Positions 26,505 through 36,774 of a stretch of DNA of 64,000 bases are shown one piece after another. The first letter of the stretch is position 1; each line of letters begins with the position of its first letter. Made by a program: the position numbers and the translations under genes. The stretch is from an uncultured Enterobacterales bacterium (GTDB taxonomy: Bacteria > Myxococcota_A > UBA796 > JAFGLY01), in NCBI GenBank assembly GCA_964512185.1, contig CAZEJJ010000011.1, forward strand, positions 5,131-69,130. Reading direction: 5' to 3'. The notes below the pieces were generated by a model that was not told where the DNA came from, made no database searches, and was given only the letters and a program-made list of their open reading frames with translations.

Positions 26505-26588
26505 GGGGTGCTCCTGGGGCGGGGCGGCAGGCCCCGCGATCTGGTGTTCATATCGCAGTGGTGCGGGCTATGGTCTGCCCGCGATCAG

Positions 26589-27014
26589 CTATAGGTTGCG
26601 GTGATGGTGCCGCCAGGCCGCCCAGGCGCAGGGCAGGGCCACCGCCGCGAGGGCCAGCCAGGTGACCGGATCCAGGGGTCTGGCCATGTAGCGGAAGAGC
26701 AGGCGCGCCAGGCCCAGGGCCAGCAGGGGCGAGTGCAGCCAGGTGCGCGCCGCGCTGTAGCTGCGCCAGCCCAGGTGCAGCTCCACATAGTCCAGCACCG
26801 GGGGCAGCAAGAGCAGCGGCAGCAGCAGGTCGAGGGCATGCACGGAGGGAGCGCGCAGGCCCACCTGGACCGCGATCAGCCCGTAGCAGAGGGGCCAGAG
26901 CAGCAGGCAGCGGCGGCAGATGTACCAGCGACCCAGCAGGACGCAGCGGTTCAGATCACGCGGACGATGATGGGAGAGCCACAGGGAGGGCTGGGCTGCA
27001 CCCTGGCCGGCCAC
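26589..27014 (-). CDS. DUF2085-like small membrane protein
   Basis: RWYICRRCLLLWPLCYG followed by hydrophobic helices. Confidence 0.5.
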   Translation of the reverse strand: MAGQGAAQPSLWLSHHRPRDLNRCVLLGRWYICRRCLLLWPLCYGLIAVQVGLRAPSVHALDLLLPLLLLPPVLDYVELHLGWRSYSAARTWLHSPLLALGLARLLFRYMARPLDPVTWLALAAVALPCAWAAWRHHHRNL

Positions 27015-27020
27015 CGGGTG

Positions 27021-28052
27021 CTATCGGCCCTTGGAGGGCAGGGCGGTGGCCTGCAGCAGCTTGATGTCGGCCTCGGCGTAGTTGGAGGAGGACATCTCCA
27101 CCTCGATGCCGTCGGCCCAGCGCAGCCACTCCTCGTCGTCGGCGCCCTTCATCTCCTGGGAGAAGGTGTGGTAGGTCACCAGGCGCTTGGGCAGCTCGGG
27201 CTGGTCGTCCGGGGGATTCACGGTCCCCACCACGGCGGCGTAGTACCTGGGCACAGAGCCCGTGATGGTGATCTCCTTCTCTTCGAGCACGCGCCCGCCG
27301 CGGTCCTTGATGGTGGCCAGCAGCTTGATGTCGGTCATCTCGAACTTGGAGTCGTTCTTCATCAGGAACTGGAACACCGTGAGGTTGTCGGAGTCCGGCT
27401 TGTCGGGGGGCAGGCGCAGCCAGCGCGAGTTGTGCACGAAGAGGTAGCGATCCGGGTTGTAGACGGGATCGAAGTTCTCGCGCTCGCGGGCATCGGCGAA
27501 GAAGTAGGCCGGGATCACGTGGTCGACGGCCACCCAGCCCTTGCTACCGCTTGAATCGACCTGGTACCAGGGGCCTCGCTTTGCCAGCAGCTGGATGCGC
27601 GTGTCCTTGGCCAGCTGGGAGATCACCCGGCTGCTGTCGGAGGGATCTCCGCGCAGGGGAGCGCCGTCCTCGGTGACCAGCATCTGGGACAGCTCGAGGC
27701 CGTTGGGACCACCGATGAGGCTGAGGGAGTCTACGTCGGGCACGTTGGTGCCGTACTTGTAGAAGTACCAGCCGCCCACCGCCGCCACCGCCAGCAGGAT
27801 GACCAGCAGCGCGTTGCGCAGGGCTGGGCCCCGGTCAGGGCGGAAGTCGACCTCGTCGTCGGGGGCGCTGACGCGGGCGCGGACCAGCCCCTTGAGCTCG
27901 GGGACCTCGGTGGCGTACAGCCAGTCGGCCGCCCCGGGGGGCTGGATCATGGCGCCAGCAGAGACATCGCCTTGCCGGGCGAGCTCCTTGAGCTCCTCGA
28001 TGTCCCTTGCAGAGAACTGGCGGTCGCCATCGGTGACAAGCCACCTTGCCAT
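27021..28052 (-). CDS. GYF_2-like domain, TM helix and bacterial SH3 domain protein
   Basis: MARWLVTDGDRQFSARDIEELKELARQGDVSAGAMIQPPGAADWLYATEVPELKGL. TM LLVILLAVAAVGGWYFY. SH3-like VISQLAKDTRIQLLAKRGPWYQVDSSGSKGWVAVDHV. AGGAGG lies 8 nt before the ATG. Confidence 0.55.
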   Translation of the reverse strand: MARWLVTDGDRQFSARDIEELKELARQGDVSAGAMIQPPGAADWLYATEVPELKGLVRARVSAPDDEVDFRPDRGPALRNALLVILLAVAAVGGWYFYKYGTNVPDVDSLSLIGGPNGLELSQMLVTEDGAPLRGDPSDSSRVISQLAKDTRIQLLAKRGPWYQVDSSGSKGWVAVDHVIPAYFFADARERENFDPVYNPDRYLFVHNSRWLRLPPDKPDSDNLTVFQFLMKNDSKFEMTDIKLLATIKDRGGRVLEEKEITITGSVPRYYAAVVGTVNPPDDQPELPKRLVTYHTFSQEMKGADDEEWLRWADGIEVEMSSSNYAEADIKLLQATALPSKGR

Positions 28053-28239
28053 GCCAGGGCCTCCTGGTTGGGGTTGCTCCCCCGGGCGTGCAGCTCCGGA
28101 CCCGGAGGCCTCGGGGAGGCCAAGGGAGGCGGTATTCCTACCTCCTCTCTTGGAACCGAGTCAACCGCTGCTGGACGCGATCCTCACCGGTTGACCCAAG
28201 TTTTGCAGAGCGTTACCCAGCCGGCCTCCCGGAGGCGGC

Positions 28240-28677
28240 ATGCCCATTAAGCCTTTGCGCATCTGCATCGCGTACGACAATGCCCGTGGCCACTGCGGGC
28301 GCGTGGTGCCGCGCATGAAGGAGCTGCTGGAGCATCGCGCCTTCCTGGTGGACACCCACGACATCAGCCAGGGCACGGTGGAGATCGAGCAGTACGACGC
28401 CCTGATCCTCGGCACGCCGGTCTTCGGCCTGGGCATCCGTGGTCAGGGCCCCACAGCCAGCATGCGGGCGTTCATCTCCGCGCTGCCTGACCTGGACGAG
28501 ACCAGGGTGGCCATCTTCTGCGCCTATGAGTCCCGCCCTGGCAATACCTTCGACCGGATGAAGAACATCCTGTTCGAGAAGGGCGCCCAGTTCGTGGCCC
28601 AGCACGCCTTCTGGATCCTGCGGCCCCACGAGGGCGACCACATCATCCCGGCGGAGTGCATGGTGCGCGTGCGCTAG
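28240..28677 (+). CDS. Flavodoxin-like fold protein
   Basis: ICIAYDNARGHCGRV, YDALILGTPVFG, VAIFCAYESRPG. Confidence 0.65.
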   Translation: MPIKPLRICIAYDNARGHCGRVVPRMKELLEHRAFLVDTHDISQGTVEIEQYDALILGTPVFGLGIRGQGPTASMRAFISALPDLDETRVAIFCAYESRPGNTFDRMKNILFEKGAQFVAQHAFWILRPHEGDHIIPAECMVRVR

Positions 28678-28970
28678 CAGCTGTAGCCGCCGCCCAGGCT
28701 CACGGTGAACTGCTTCCAGAAGCGGTTGAAGTCGACCTGGAGCTCGGTGCCGCCGCGCAGCCAGCTGCGGATCTCGCGGGGGATGAGAAAGGTGACCCCG
28801 CCTTGTTCGTGGCGCTCGTCGTCCTGCCTGGGCTCATCCAGAGCCAGCCCCATGCGGGGCCCCCCTCAGCCGAAGCCCTGGATGACGATGCGGAAGGCCC
28901 TGTCCTGGACCTGTTGGGCTTCCATGACCGCTTTGAGCTGGCTGGCGGCCTGGGTGCTGATGGACAACAT
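28674..28970 (-). CDS. HesB/IscA-like protein with an in-frame UGA (candidate selenocysteine), 98 codons
   Basis: ATG at 28968-28970 preceded by GGAG. MLSISTQAASQLKAVMEAQQVQDRAFRIVIQGFG-TGA(28866-28868)-GGPRMGLALDEPRQDDERHEQGGVTFLIPREIRSWLRGGTELQVDFNRFWKQFTVSLGGGYSC, then TAG. The same frame and GC3 bias continue after the TGA. The TGA aligns to the Cys of the IscA motif GCSG. Confidence 0.55.
28826..28849 (-). promoter_or_regulatory. Candidate bacterial SECIS hairpin
   Basis: The mRNA GGCUGGCUC-UGGAU-GAGCCCAGGC starts 17 nt after the UGA. It has 7 pairs with one bulged C and an apical loop containing GG. Folded by eye only. Confidence 0.35.
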
Positions 28971-29192
28971 GCTGGCTCCGTCGGCTAGTGGGCGGCCGGG
29001 GGCCGCCTGTCTTCGAGCGATAGAGTCATCGGGTCCCGGCACTGTTACGGGCGCGGGCATGCGGGGGCCGGATTTTCTGTGCGCCGGGGTGGCGCGGGCG
29101 GCTCTTTGTGCTACTCCGGCGCTGTGCCGTCACGGGAGACGGCCTCTGCCTCGTCGGGAGCTACCCCGACCGACGCGATCACTGGAGGAACC

Positions 29193-29678
<486 letters not shown>

Positions 29679-29738
29679 TAGACCCGCCCTCCTTGACCAC
29701 CCTTGGGGCGCGCCCCCCGGGGGTGGCTGCGCTCGGGA

Positions 29739-30698
29739 TCACGGGTCCCGCGAGGGCGCGTGCGTCGCCAGGAAGCTGGCCATGGCTTCGCAGGTGGCCT
29801 CGGAGTTGGTGTGGATGAAGGTGTGATCGCCCACCAGGTCTCGGCGGTCCAGCAGCGGCAGGACCCGCTGCGCCTCGCGCCAGGTGCCAGGGATGGGGGA
29901 GAGGCTGATGCTGGGGAGCAGCAGCTGGGTGGGGCAGCGGATCGCCGGCAGCCGGGGCCGGAGATCCTGCTGGATGGGACCACGCAGGATCGCCTGGAAC
30001 GCGGAGCCGGGCAGCGCGGCCTGCAGGCTGCCATCGGGCTGTTCCCGGTAGACCGCGCTCCAGGCGAGCCGGTCCGTGTCGTCTCCCAGCTGGTGCTGGA
30101 TGAGGCTGCTCATGGCCTCTCGCCAGCTGTGGCGGTCGGGGTAGCTGCGGCGCTCGGGCCTGAAGGCCGCCCCCACCAGTCCGCCATGGCTCAGGGGTGG
30201 GCTCAACCCGCGTGGGGGGGCCGGGTCGGCCAGCACCAGGCAGTCGAGGCGGTGGGGATGCTGGGTGGCGAAGTGCAGGGCCACCTTGCCTCCCCAGGAG
30301 TGACCCGCCAGGGCGACGCGATGGACGCCGAGGGTGCCCAACAGCGCCGCCAGGTCGCCGGTGGTGGCGGGCAGGCTGTAGTCGCCGCCGGGCTTGCTGC
30401 TGGCCCCGTGCCCCCGGAGCGTGACGGAGATCACCCGGCGGCCTTCGTCCGCCAGCCGGTCGGCCACCCGGGCCCAGATCCAGGCGCTGTTGTTCAGCCC
30501 GTGCAGCAGGACGAGCGGGGGATCGGCCCCCGGCCACTCCAGGCAGTGCAGGTGGAGGTCCCCGGCCCGCAGCCGCAGCTCGCGAGGGTGCCTGCGGAGG
30601 GGGCGGGCTCGGCCGTAGCGGGGATCGCGCGCCTGGAAGATGCGCACGCTCCGGCGCAGGCCGGCGTGCAGCAGGGCGGCGGTGAGGCGTGACGGCAC
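29739..30698 (-). CDS. Alpha/beta hydrolase
   Basis: PLVLLHGLNNSAWIW, nucleophile elbow LAGHSWGG. It starts 4 nt after the UvrA stop on the same strand. Confidence 0.8.
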   Translation of the reverse strand: MPSRLTAALLHAGLRRSVRIFQARDPRYGRARPLRRHPRELRLRAGDLHLHCLEWPGADPPLVLLHGLNNSAWIWARVADRLADEGRRVISVTLRGHGASSKPGGDYSLPATTGDLAALLGTLGVHRVALAGHSWGGKVALHFATQHPHRLDCLVLADPAPPRGLSPPLSHGGLVGAAFRPERRSYPDRHSWREAMSSLIQHQLGDDTDRLAWSAVYREQPDGSLQAALPGSAFQAILRGPIQQDLRPRLPAIRCPTQLLLPSISLSPIPGTWREAQRVLPLLDRRDLVGDHTFIHTNSEATCEAMASFLATHAPSRDP

Positions 30699-30702
30699 GG
30701 GG

Positions 30703-33700
30703 CTACTCCGACCGCAGGAGTCTGGCGAGGGCGCGGCCCGTGTGGCTGTGGGGATGCTGCGCCAGCTGTCGAGGGCTGCCTGTGGCGAGGATGGTTCCGC
30801 CCTCGTCGCCGCCCTCCGGGCCCAGGTCCACCAGGTGGTCCGCGGCGCGGATCAGCTCCAGGTTGTGCTCGATGAGCACCACGGTGTCGCCGCGCTCCAC
30901 CAGGCTCTGCAGCACCTGCAGTAGCTGGGCCACGTCTGCCGGGTGCAGGCCGGTGGTGGGCTCGTCCAGGAGATAGATGGTGCCCTTGCCGCGGCCCGCC
31001 AGCTCCAGCGCAAGCTTGACCCGCTGGGCCTCACCCCCGGAGAGGGTGTCGGCGGGGCGGCCCAGCTCCAGGTAGCCGAGGCCTACCTGCACCAGGCTGC
31101 GCAGCACGCGGGCCAGGGAGCGCTGGTTGGCGAAGAGCTCCAGGGCCTGCTCGGCGGGCATGGCCAGCACCTGGGAGATGTCATGGCCCTGCCAGCGCAC
31201 GTCGAGCACGCGCTCCCGGTAGCGGCGGCCGCCGCAGTCGTCGCATGGAATCCACACATCCGAGAGAAAGTGCATCTCCACCAGCACTGCGCCGCGGCCC
31301 TGGCAGCCGGGGCAGCCTCCGTCGCGGTTGTAGGAGAAGTCCGCCGGGGTGAGGCCCCGTGTCTGGGCGGCGGGCAGGCGGGTGAACAGGCCGCGCAGCG
31401 GGCCCAGCAGCTTGGTGTAGGTGGCCGGGCAGGAGCGGGGCGAGCGGCCGATGGGCGCGTGGTCCACCACCACCGCGCGCTGCAGGTCGGGGGGCAGCAG
31501 CAGCTCACCGGCCGGCAGGGCGCGGCCCTGGGCGCCGTGCAGGACCTGCCGCAGTCGGGGGGCGAGGGTGTCCATGATCAGGCTGCTCTTGCCCGAGCCG
31601 GAGACGCCGGTGACCACGGTGAGGGCGCCGGTGGGCAGGCAAAGGTCCACGCCCTGCAGGTTGTGGCCCCTGGCCTCCATGAGGCGGATGGGTGGCCCCC
31701 CGGTGCGGGGCTCGTCGGGTGTGGGCAGGCGCGCTCGACCCGCCAGCCAGGCGCCGGTGATACTGCGCGGATCCGCCGCGATGGCTGCGGGGGTGCCGGC
31801 GGCCACCAGCCGCCCCCCCTGGCTACCCGGCCCCGGCCCCAGGTCCAGCACGTGGTCCGCGCGTCGGATGGTGTCGAGATCGTGCTCCACCAGCACCACC
31901 GTGTTGCCCAGGTCGCGCAGGCCCTCCAGGGTGTCGAGCAGGCGGCCCACGTCGCGGGGATGCAGGCCGATGGTGGGCTCGTCGAGCACGTACAGGGTGC
32001 CCGTGAGGCGGTTGCCCAGCTGCCCGGCCAGCCGGATGCGCTGGGCTTCTCCGCCGGAGAGCGTGTGACCGCGGCGGTCCAGGTTCAGGTAGTCGAGGCC
32101 CACGTCGCGCAGGAAGCCCAGCCGCGCGAGCAGCTCGGGGAGCAGCTGCGCGACGATCTGGCGCTCCCGCGGGCTCAGGACCAGGGCTTCGGTCCATGCC
32201 AGGGCTCTCCGCACGGTCATGCGGGTGAACTCGGCGATGTCGAGCCCGCCCACCCGCACCCCCAGGGAGGGGGCCTTGAGCCGCCTGCCCTCGCAGCGCG
32301 GGCAGGGGTTCCTGGCGTCGGCCTTGGTCTCGCCGCCGCTGCGCGTGACCCCCAGACCGTCGCAGGCCGGGCAGGCGCCCACGTGGCTGTTGAAGGAGAA
32401 GTGCCGCGGGGTGGGCTGCTCGGGCAGCACCGCGCCGTGCTCGGGGCACTCGGCGCGCATGGAGAGGGTGAGGGGGGCTCCCTGGCGAGGCAGGAAGGCT
32501 GCCCGGTCGCCGCCGTAGCCGTAGGCCAGGCGCAGGGCGTCGGCTGCGCGGTCGGCGGGAGCCCTGGCGGGGTCGAGGCGGTCGATCACCAGGGTGCAGC
32601 CGTCGGCCAGCAGGGACAGGGCCTCGGGGCTGTCGAGATCCAGGTCCTGCTGTCCGGTCCATAGGCGCCTGAGCCCGTCGCCAGCGAGCTCTGCCTGGCG
32701 GGCAGCGGGATCGGCAGCTGCGGGCAGGGTGGTGACGATGCGTCCGGCGCCGGGGGCCTGCTCCGCGAGCCAGCGCGCTCCCGACGAGGGATCGAGCCCC
32801 AGCACGAGGCGCCCGCAGAGGTGGCAGTGGGGCCGGCCGATGCGGGCCCAGAGCAGGCGCAGCAGGTCGTAGACCTCGGTCACCGTGGCCACGGTGGAGC
32901 GTGGGTTGTGGGCGGCCTTGCGTTGCTCGATGGCGATGGAGGGAGCGAGCCCTTCGATGGAGTCCACCGGGGCGCGGTCCAGGCGGCCCAGGAAGCGCCG
33001 GGCGTAGGTGCTCAGGCTCTCCACGTAGCGGCGCTGGCCTTCGGAGAAGAGGGTGTGCAGCGCCAGGGAGGACTTGCCGGAGCCCGACACGCCGGTGACC
33101 ACAGTGAGCTTGCCCTGGGGGATGCTGACGTCGATGCCCTGGAGGTTGTGCCGCCTGGCCCCGCGCACGACGATGTCGCGCGCCCCGCGTGTGCCGGCCC
33201 GGTAGGGGGCAGGGGCCTGCGCCGCCATGGGCAGCGCGCCCCCCCCCCCCCCCCCCCCGCGCAGGGGGGCCCCCCCCCCCCCTGTGGGGGTGTCGAGGGT
33301 GGCGATGACCTCGGGGGTTCCCTCACCCACCAGCTGTCCGCCAGCGTCTCCACCCCCGGGACCCAGGTCGATGACCTGATCGGCCACCTTGATGACGTCG
33401 GTGTTGTGCTCGATGATGACGACGGTGTTGCCCGCGCTCACCAGGGCCTGCAGGGCCTCCAGCAGGCGCTCGATGTCGGCGAAGTGCAGGCCCGTGGTGG
33501 GCTCGTCCAGCAGGTAGAGGGTGCGCCCCGTGGGCGGGCGCTGCAGCTCGCGCGCCAGCTTGATGCGCTGGGCCTCGCCGCCGGAGAGGGTGGAGGAGGG
33601 CTGACCCAGCTCCACGTAGCCCAGGCCCACCTGCTCCAGGGCCGCCAGGGGGCGGTGGATGCTCCGGTGGTTGCGGAAGAACTCCGTGGCTTCGGTGACG

Positions 33701-36093
33701 CTCATGGCGAGCACGTCGGTGATGGTGCGGCCCCGGTAGCGGATCTGGAGGGTCTCGGGGTTGAAGCGCTTACCGCCGCAGTCCTCGCAGGGCACGTGCA
33801 CGTCGGCCAGGAACTGCATCTCAAGCACCTGCACACCGGCCCCCTGGCAGGACTCGCAGCGACCGCCGTGCACGTTGAAGGAGAAGCGGCCCGGCTTGTA
33901 TCCGCGGGCCGCCGACTCGGGCAGGCGCGCGAAGAGCTCGCGGATGCCGGTGAGGGCCCCGGTGTAGGTGGCGGGGTTGGAGCGCGGGGTGCGGCCGATG
34001 GGATCCTGGTCGATGCAGATGACCTTGTCGAGGTGCTGCAGGCCCTGGATCCCGCCGTGGGCCAGGGGTTCGCGCTGGGCCCCCTGGAGCGCCCTGGCCG
34101 CCGCCGGCTCGAGGATGTCCAGCAGCAGGGTGGACTTGCCGGAGCCCGAGACGCCGGTGAGCACGGTGAGGGTGCCCAGACGCAGGGAGACGTCGATGCG
34201 CTGCAGGTTATGGGCGCTCGCGCCGCGGATCGCGAGGCGCTCGCCGTTGCCTTCGCGCCGCCTGGAGGGCATGGGGATGGAGCGCTCGCCGCGCAGGTAG
34301 CGGGCCGTGAGACAGTCGCTGCGCAGGAAGGCCCCGGGGGCGCCCTGGGAGGTGATCCGGCCACCGGAGCGCCCGGCGCCCGGGCCGATCTCCACCAGCT
34401 CGTCGGCGGCGCGCATGGTCTCGGCGTCGTGCTCCACCACCAGCACCGAGTTGCCTCGGTCGCGCAGGCTGAGCAGGGTGTCCAGCAGGCGCCGGTTGTC
34501 GCGCGGGTGTAGCCCGATGCTGGGCTCGTCCAGGATGTAGGTGACCCCCTGCAGCCCGCTGCCCACCTGGGCGGCCAGGCGGATGCGCTGCGCCTCGCCG
34601 CCCGAGAGGCTGGCGGTGGCTCGATCGATGCCCAGGTAGCCCAGGCCCACGTCGTCGAGGAAGCGCAGGCGGTGCCGCAGCTCTCCCAGGATGGGCTGGC
34701 CCAGCGGCCGCTGCGCTTCGTCCAGCTGGATGGCGTCGAAGAAGGCCCGCGCGTCGGCGACGCTCAGGGACACCAGCTCGGGCAGGCTCCTGCCGCGGAA
34801 GCTGACCGCGCGCGCCAGGGGGTTGAGGCGGGTGCCCTCGCAGGAGCCGCAGGGGTCGTGTCGCCGGAAAGCCTGCAGGGGCCGGTGGCGGGTGAAGCGC
34901 CAGATGCGCCCCAGCATGTGCATGAGGCCGGTCCAGCGGCGGGTGACCTGGCGCCGGCGGCCGCCGCCGGTCTTGATCACCGTGTATTCGAGATCGGCCC
35001 CGTGCAGGATGGCCCGCTGGATCTGGGCGGGCTGCTGGCCCCAGGCCAGCTCGGGATCGGCGCTCAGGGCCCGCAGCACCTGGCGCAGCACGCCCTCGTC
35101 CACCGTGGTGAGGAAGGGCAGGTGGCCGTGCTTGAAGGCCCGGCAGGCGCTGGCGGTGGGCGCCTGCGGGTCCATGACCAGCTCGGGCTGGAAGGCCTCC
35201 AGGTGGCCCAGGCCGTCGCACTCGGGGCAGGCCCCCTGAGGGGTGTTGAAGGAGAAGAGGCGGGGCTCCAGCTCGGGAAGGTAGACATCGTGGTCGGGAC
35301 AGCCGCGCTCGGTGGCGAAGCTGCGGTGGCGCTCGCCCAGCAGCAGCGTGACGACGCCCTTGCCCATGGCCAGGCCCTTCTCGATGGCCTCCAGCAGGCG
35401 ACCGCGGCGCTCCGGATCCAGCCGCAGGCGGTCCATCACCACCTCGATGCTGTGCTTCTCGTAGCGAGCCAGGCCGATGGGTTCGTCCAGGCGCCCGAGC
35501 TGGCCGTCGATCCGAGCGCGGGTGTAGCCCTCGGCCAGCAGGTCAGCCAGCTCGCGGCGATACTCGCCTTTGCGCTCCTGGACCAGGGGGCCCATGACGA
35601 TGGTGTCGATGCCAGCGTGCTCCTGGAGCAACCGATCGGCGATGGCCCCGGGGGTGGAGCTGGTGATGGGCTTGGAGCACACCGGGCAGTGGGCGGTGCC
35701 CAGGCGCGCCATCCACAGGCGCAGGTGGTCGAGGATCTCCGTGACGGTGCCCACGGTGGAGCGCGGGTTGCGGTTGACGCCTTTTTGATGGATGGCCAGG
35801 GTGGGGGAGAGCCCCTCTACACGCTCCACCCTGGGTTTCTCCATCTTGCCCAGGAACTGGCGCGCGTAGGCGGAGAGGGACTCCAGGTACCGGCGCTGTC
35901 CTTCCTGGTAGAGGGTGTCGAAGGCCAGCGACGACTTGCCGCTGCCCGACAGCCCGGTGATCACCACCAGCGCGTCACGCCGCAGGTCCACGTCCACACC
36001 GCGCAGGTTGTGCTCGCGGGCGCCTCGCACGAGGATGTGGCGGTGGCTGTCGGTCATGATGGAACATATGTCCAGTTGGCGACCCGCGGGCAA
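30703..36093 (-). CDS. Tandem-fused double UvrA-family ABC ATPase (1796 aa from the TTG at 36093; the ATG at 36057 gives MTDSHRH...)
   Basis: Module 1: [54 protein letters not shown], ending [14 protein letters not shown]. Module 2: [54 protein letters not shown], ending [15 protein letters not shown]. Confidence 0.8.
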   Translation of the reverse strand: MPAGRQLDICSIMTDSHRHILVRGAREHNLRGVDVDLRRDALVVITGLSGSGKSSLAFDTLYQEGQRRYLESLSAYARQFLGKMEKPRVERVEGLSPTLAIHQKGVNRNPRSTVGTVTEILDHLRLWMARLGTAHCPVCSKPITSSTPGAIADRLLQEHAGIDTIVMGPLVQERKGEYRRELADLLAEGYTRARIDGQLGRLDEPIGLARYEKHSIEVVMDRLRLDPERRGRLLEAIEKGLAMGKGVVTLLLGERHRSFATERGCPDHDVYLPELEPRLFSFNTPQGACPECDGLGHLEAFQPELVMDPQAPTASACRAFKHGHLPFLTTVDEGVLRQVLRALSADPELAWGQQPAQIQRAILHGADLEYTVIKTGGGRRRQVTRRWTGLMHMLGRIWRFTRHRPLQAFRRHDPCGSCEGTRLNPLARAVSFRGRSLPELVSLSVADARAFFDAIQLDEAQRPLGQPILGELRHRLRFLDDVGLGYLGIDRATASLSGGEAQRIRLAAQVGSGLQGVTYILDEPSIGLHPRDNRRLLDTLLSLRDRGNSVLVVEHDAETMRAADELVEIGPGAGRSGGRITSQGAPGAFLRSDCLTARYLRGERSIPMPSRRREGNGERLAIRGASAHNLQRIDVSLRLGTLTVLTGVSGSGKSTLLLDILEPAAARALQGAQREPLAHGGIQGLQHLDKVICIDQDPIGRTPRSNPATYTGALTGIRELFARLPESAARGYKPGRFSFNVHGGRCESCQGAGVQVLEMQFLADVHVPCEDCGGKRFNPETLQIRYRGRTITDVLAMSVTEATEFFRNHRSIHRPLAALEQVGLGYVELGQPSSTLSGGEAQRIKLARELQRPPTGRTLYLLDEPTTGLHFADIERLLEALQALVSAGNTVVIIEHNTDVIKVADQVIDLGPGGGDAGGQLVGEGTPEVIATLDTPTGGGGAPLRGGGGGGGALPMAAQAPAPYRAGTRGARDIVVRGARRHNLQGIDVSIPQGKLTVVTGVSGSGKSSLALHTLFSEGQRRYVESLSTYARRFLGRLDRAPVDSIEGLAPSIAIEQRKAAHNPRSTVATVTEVYDLLRLLWARIGRPHCHLCGRLVLGLDPSSGARWLAEQAPGAGRIVTTLPAAADPAARQAELAGDGLRRLWTGQQDLDLDSPEALSLLADGCTLVIDRLDPARAPADRAADALRLAYGYGGDRAAFLPRQGAPLTLSMRAECPEHGAVLPEQPTPRHFSFNSHVGACPACDGLGVTRSGGETKADARNPCPRCEGRRLKAPSLGVRVGGLDIAEFTRMTVRRALAWTEALVLSPRERQIVAQLLPELLARLGFLRDVGLDYLNLDRRGHTLSGGEAQRIRLAGQLGNRLTGTLYVLDEPTIGLHPRDVGRLLDTLEGLRDLGNTVVLVEHDLDTIRRADHVLDLGPGPGSQGGRLVAAGTPAAIAADPRSITGAWLAGRARLPTPDEPRTGGPPIRLMEARGHNLQGVDLCLPTGALTVVTGVSGSGKSSLIMDTLAPRLRQVLHGAQGRALPAGELLLPPDLQRAVVVDHAPIGRSPRSCPATYTKLLGPLRGLFTRLPAAQTRGLTPADFSYNRDGGCPGCQGRGAVLVEMHFLSDVWIPCDDCGGRRYRERVLDVRWQGHDISQVLAMPAEQALELFANQRSLARVLRSLVQVGLGYLELGRPADTLSGGEAQRVKLALELAGRGKGTIYLLDEPTTGLHPADVAQLLQVLQSLVERGDTVVLIEHNLELIRAADHLVDLGPEGGDEGGTILATGSPRQLAQHPHSHTGRALARLLRSE
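33234..33282. repeat. Homopolymer junction: C20 (33239-33258), G6 (33264-33269), C13 (33270-33282)
   Basis: Counted directly. In the gene frame it encodes [19 protein letters not shown] between the two UvrA modules. An ATG (33226-33228) follows immediately. Confidence 0.9.
36062..36073. promoter_or_regulatory. GAAC-N4-GTTC-like palindrome (GGACATATGTTC on the minus strand), a candidate SOS/LexA-type operator
   Basis: One mismatch to GAAC-N4-GTTC. It lies 5-16 nt upstream of the uvrA-like ATG at 36057. Confidence 0.3.
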
Positions 36094-36144
36094 GCCGCTC
36101 GCGGACAGGAAGTGTCCGCGGTGACCGAAGGGGCTCTCGCGGGC

Positions 36145-36657
36145 TCAGCTGTGGCGCGGGCCGCGGCTGTTCAGCCAGCGCGCGGCGGCCTGGGCGCCCT
36201 TCTCGTGGCCCTTGCTGATCTCGGCCGCCAGCATCTTCTCGATGCGGCCTCCCACCAGGCGGAGCTTCACCTCGATCTCTCCCGTGACCCGCCGCTGGCA
36301 GCCCCCAGGGACGGGCTCCACCCAGAATTCTCCGCCCCCCTTGAAGCGATCCGGGGAGATGGGGGGCACGATGTGCCAGTGCAGGTGCATGGCCTCGTCG
36401 TCCATGTGCTGCTGCAGCTCGTAGGAGAGGTGGTCGGAGCCGAGCACCCTCTTGACCACGCCGGGCAGATCGCGCTGGGAGGTCCACCGGACCCGCAGCA
36501 GCCGGCGACCGTCCCGGCCGGCGCCGGGGGTGTCTTCCAGGATCTCGCGCAGCACCCCTGAGAGGCTGTCGCTGCTGGCCAGGAAGGCGGGATCCTCCAG
36601 CAGGTCCCAGAACACCCGGGGGTCGCAGGGGATGAAGTGACGGCTGTCGAGTCGCAT
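36145..36657 (-). CDS. SRPBCC/DUF2505-like protein
   Basis: 170 aa, soluble. C-terminal VKLRLVGGRIEKMLAAEI resembles the SRPBCC/DUF2505 signature. Weak call. Confidence 0.45.
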   Translation of the reverse strand: MRLDSRHFIPCDPRVFWDLLEDPAFLASSDSLSGVLREILEDTPGAGRDGRRLLRVRWTSQRDLPGVVKRVLGSDHLSYELQQHMDDEAMHLHWHIVPPISPDRFKGGGEFWVEPVPGGCQRRVTGEIEVKLRLVGGRIEKMLAAEISKGHEKGAQAAARWLNSRGPRHS

Positions 36658-36746
36658 AGGTCTCCCTCTCCCGTGGGCGGTGCAGGAGGCTCTGTCAGGA
36701 TGCTAACCACGCGGGTGAGCTTGTGACGCCCTGTCCGGGCGGGTAG

Positions 36747-36774
36747 CCTCCCTGGGAACCCAGGGAGGTCCTCC
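36747..36774 (+). promoter_or_regulatory. Palindromes overlapping the Shine-Dalgarno sequence of the S8 protease gene
   Basis: CCTCCCTGGG-aa-CCCAGGGAGG is a perfect 10-bp inverted repeat. It is followed by GGAGG-t-CCTCC and then the ATG at 36775. Confidence 0.3.

Noticed and set aside
30943-36561. Plus-strand ORFs 30943-32664, 32821-34512 and 34672-36561
   Set aside because: They are antisense shadows of the UvrA-like gene, with low-complexity Gly/Ala/Arg/Gln products and no motifs.
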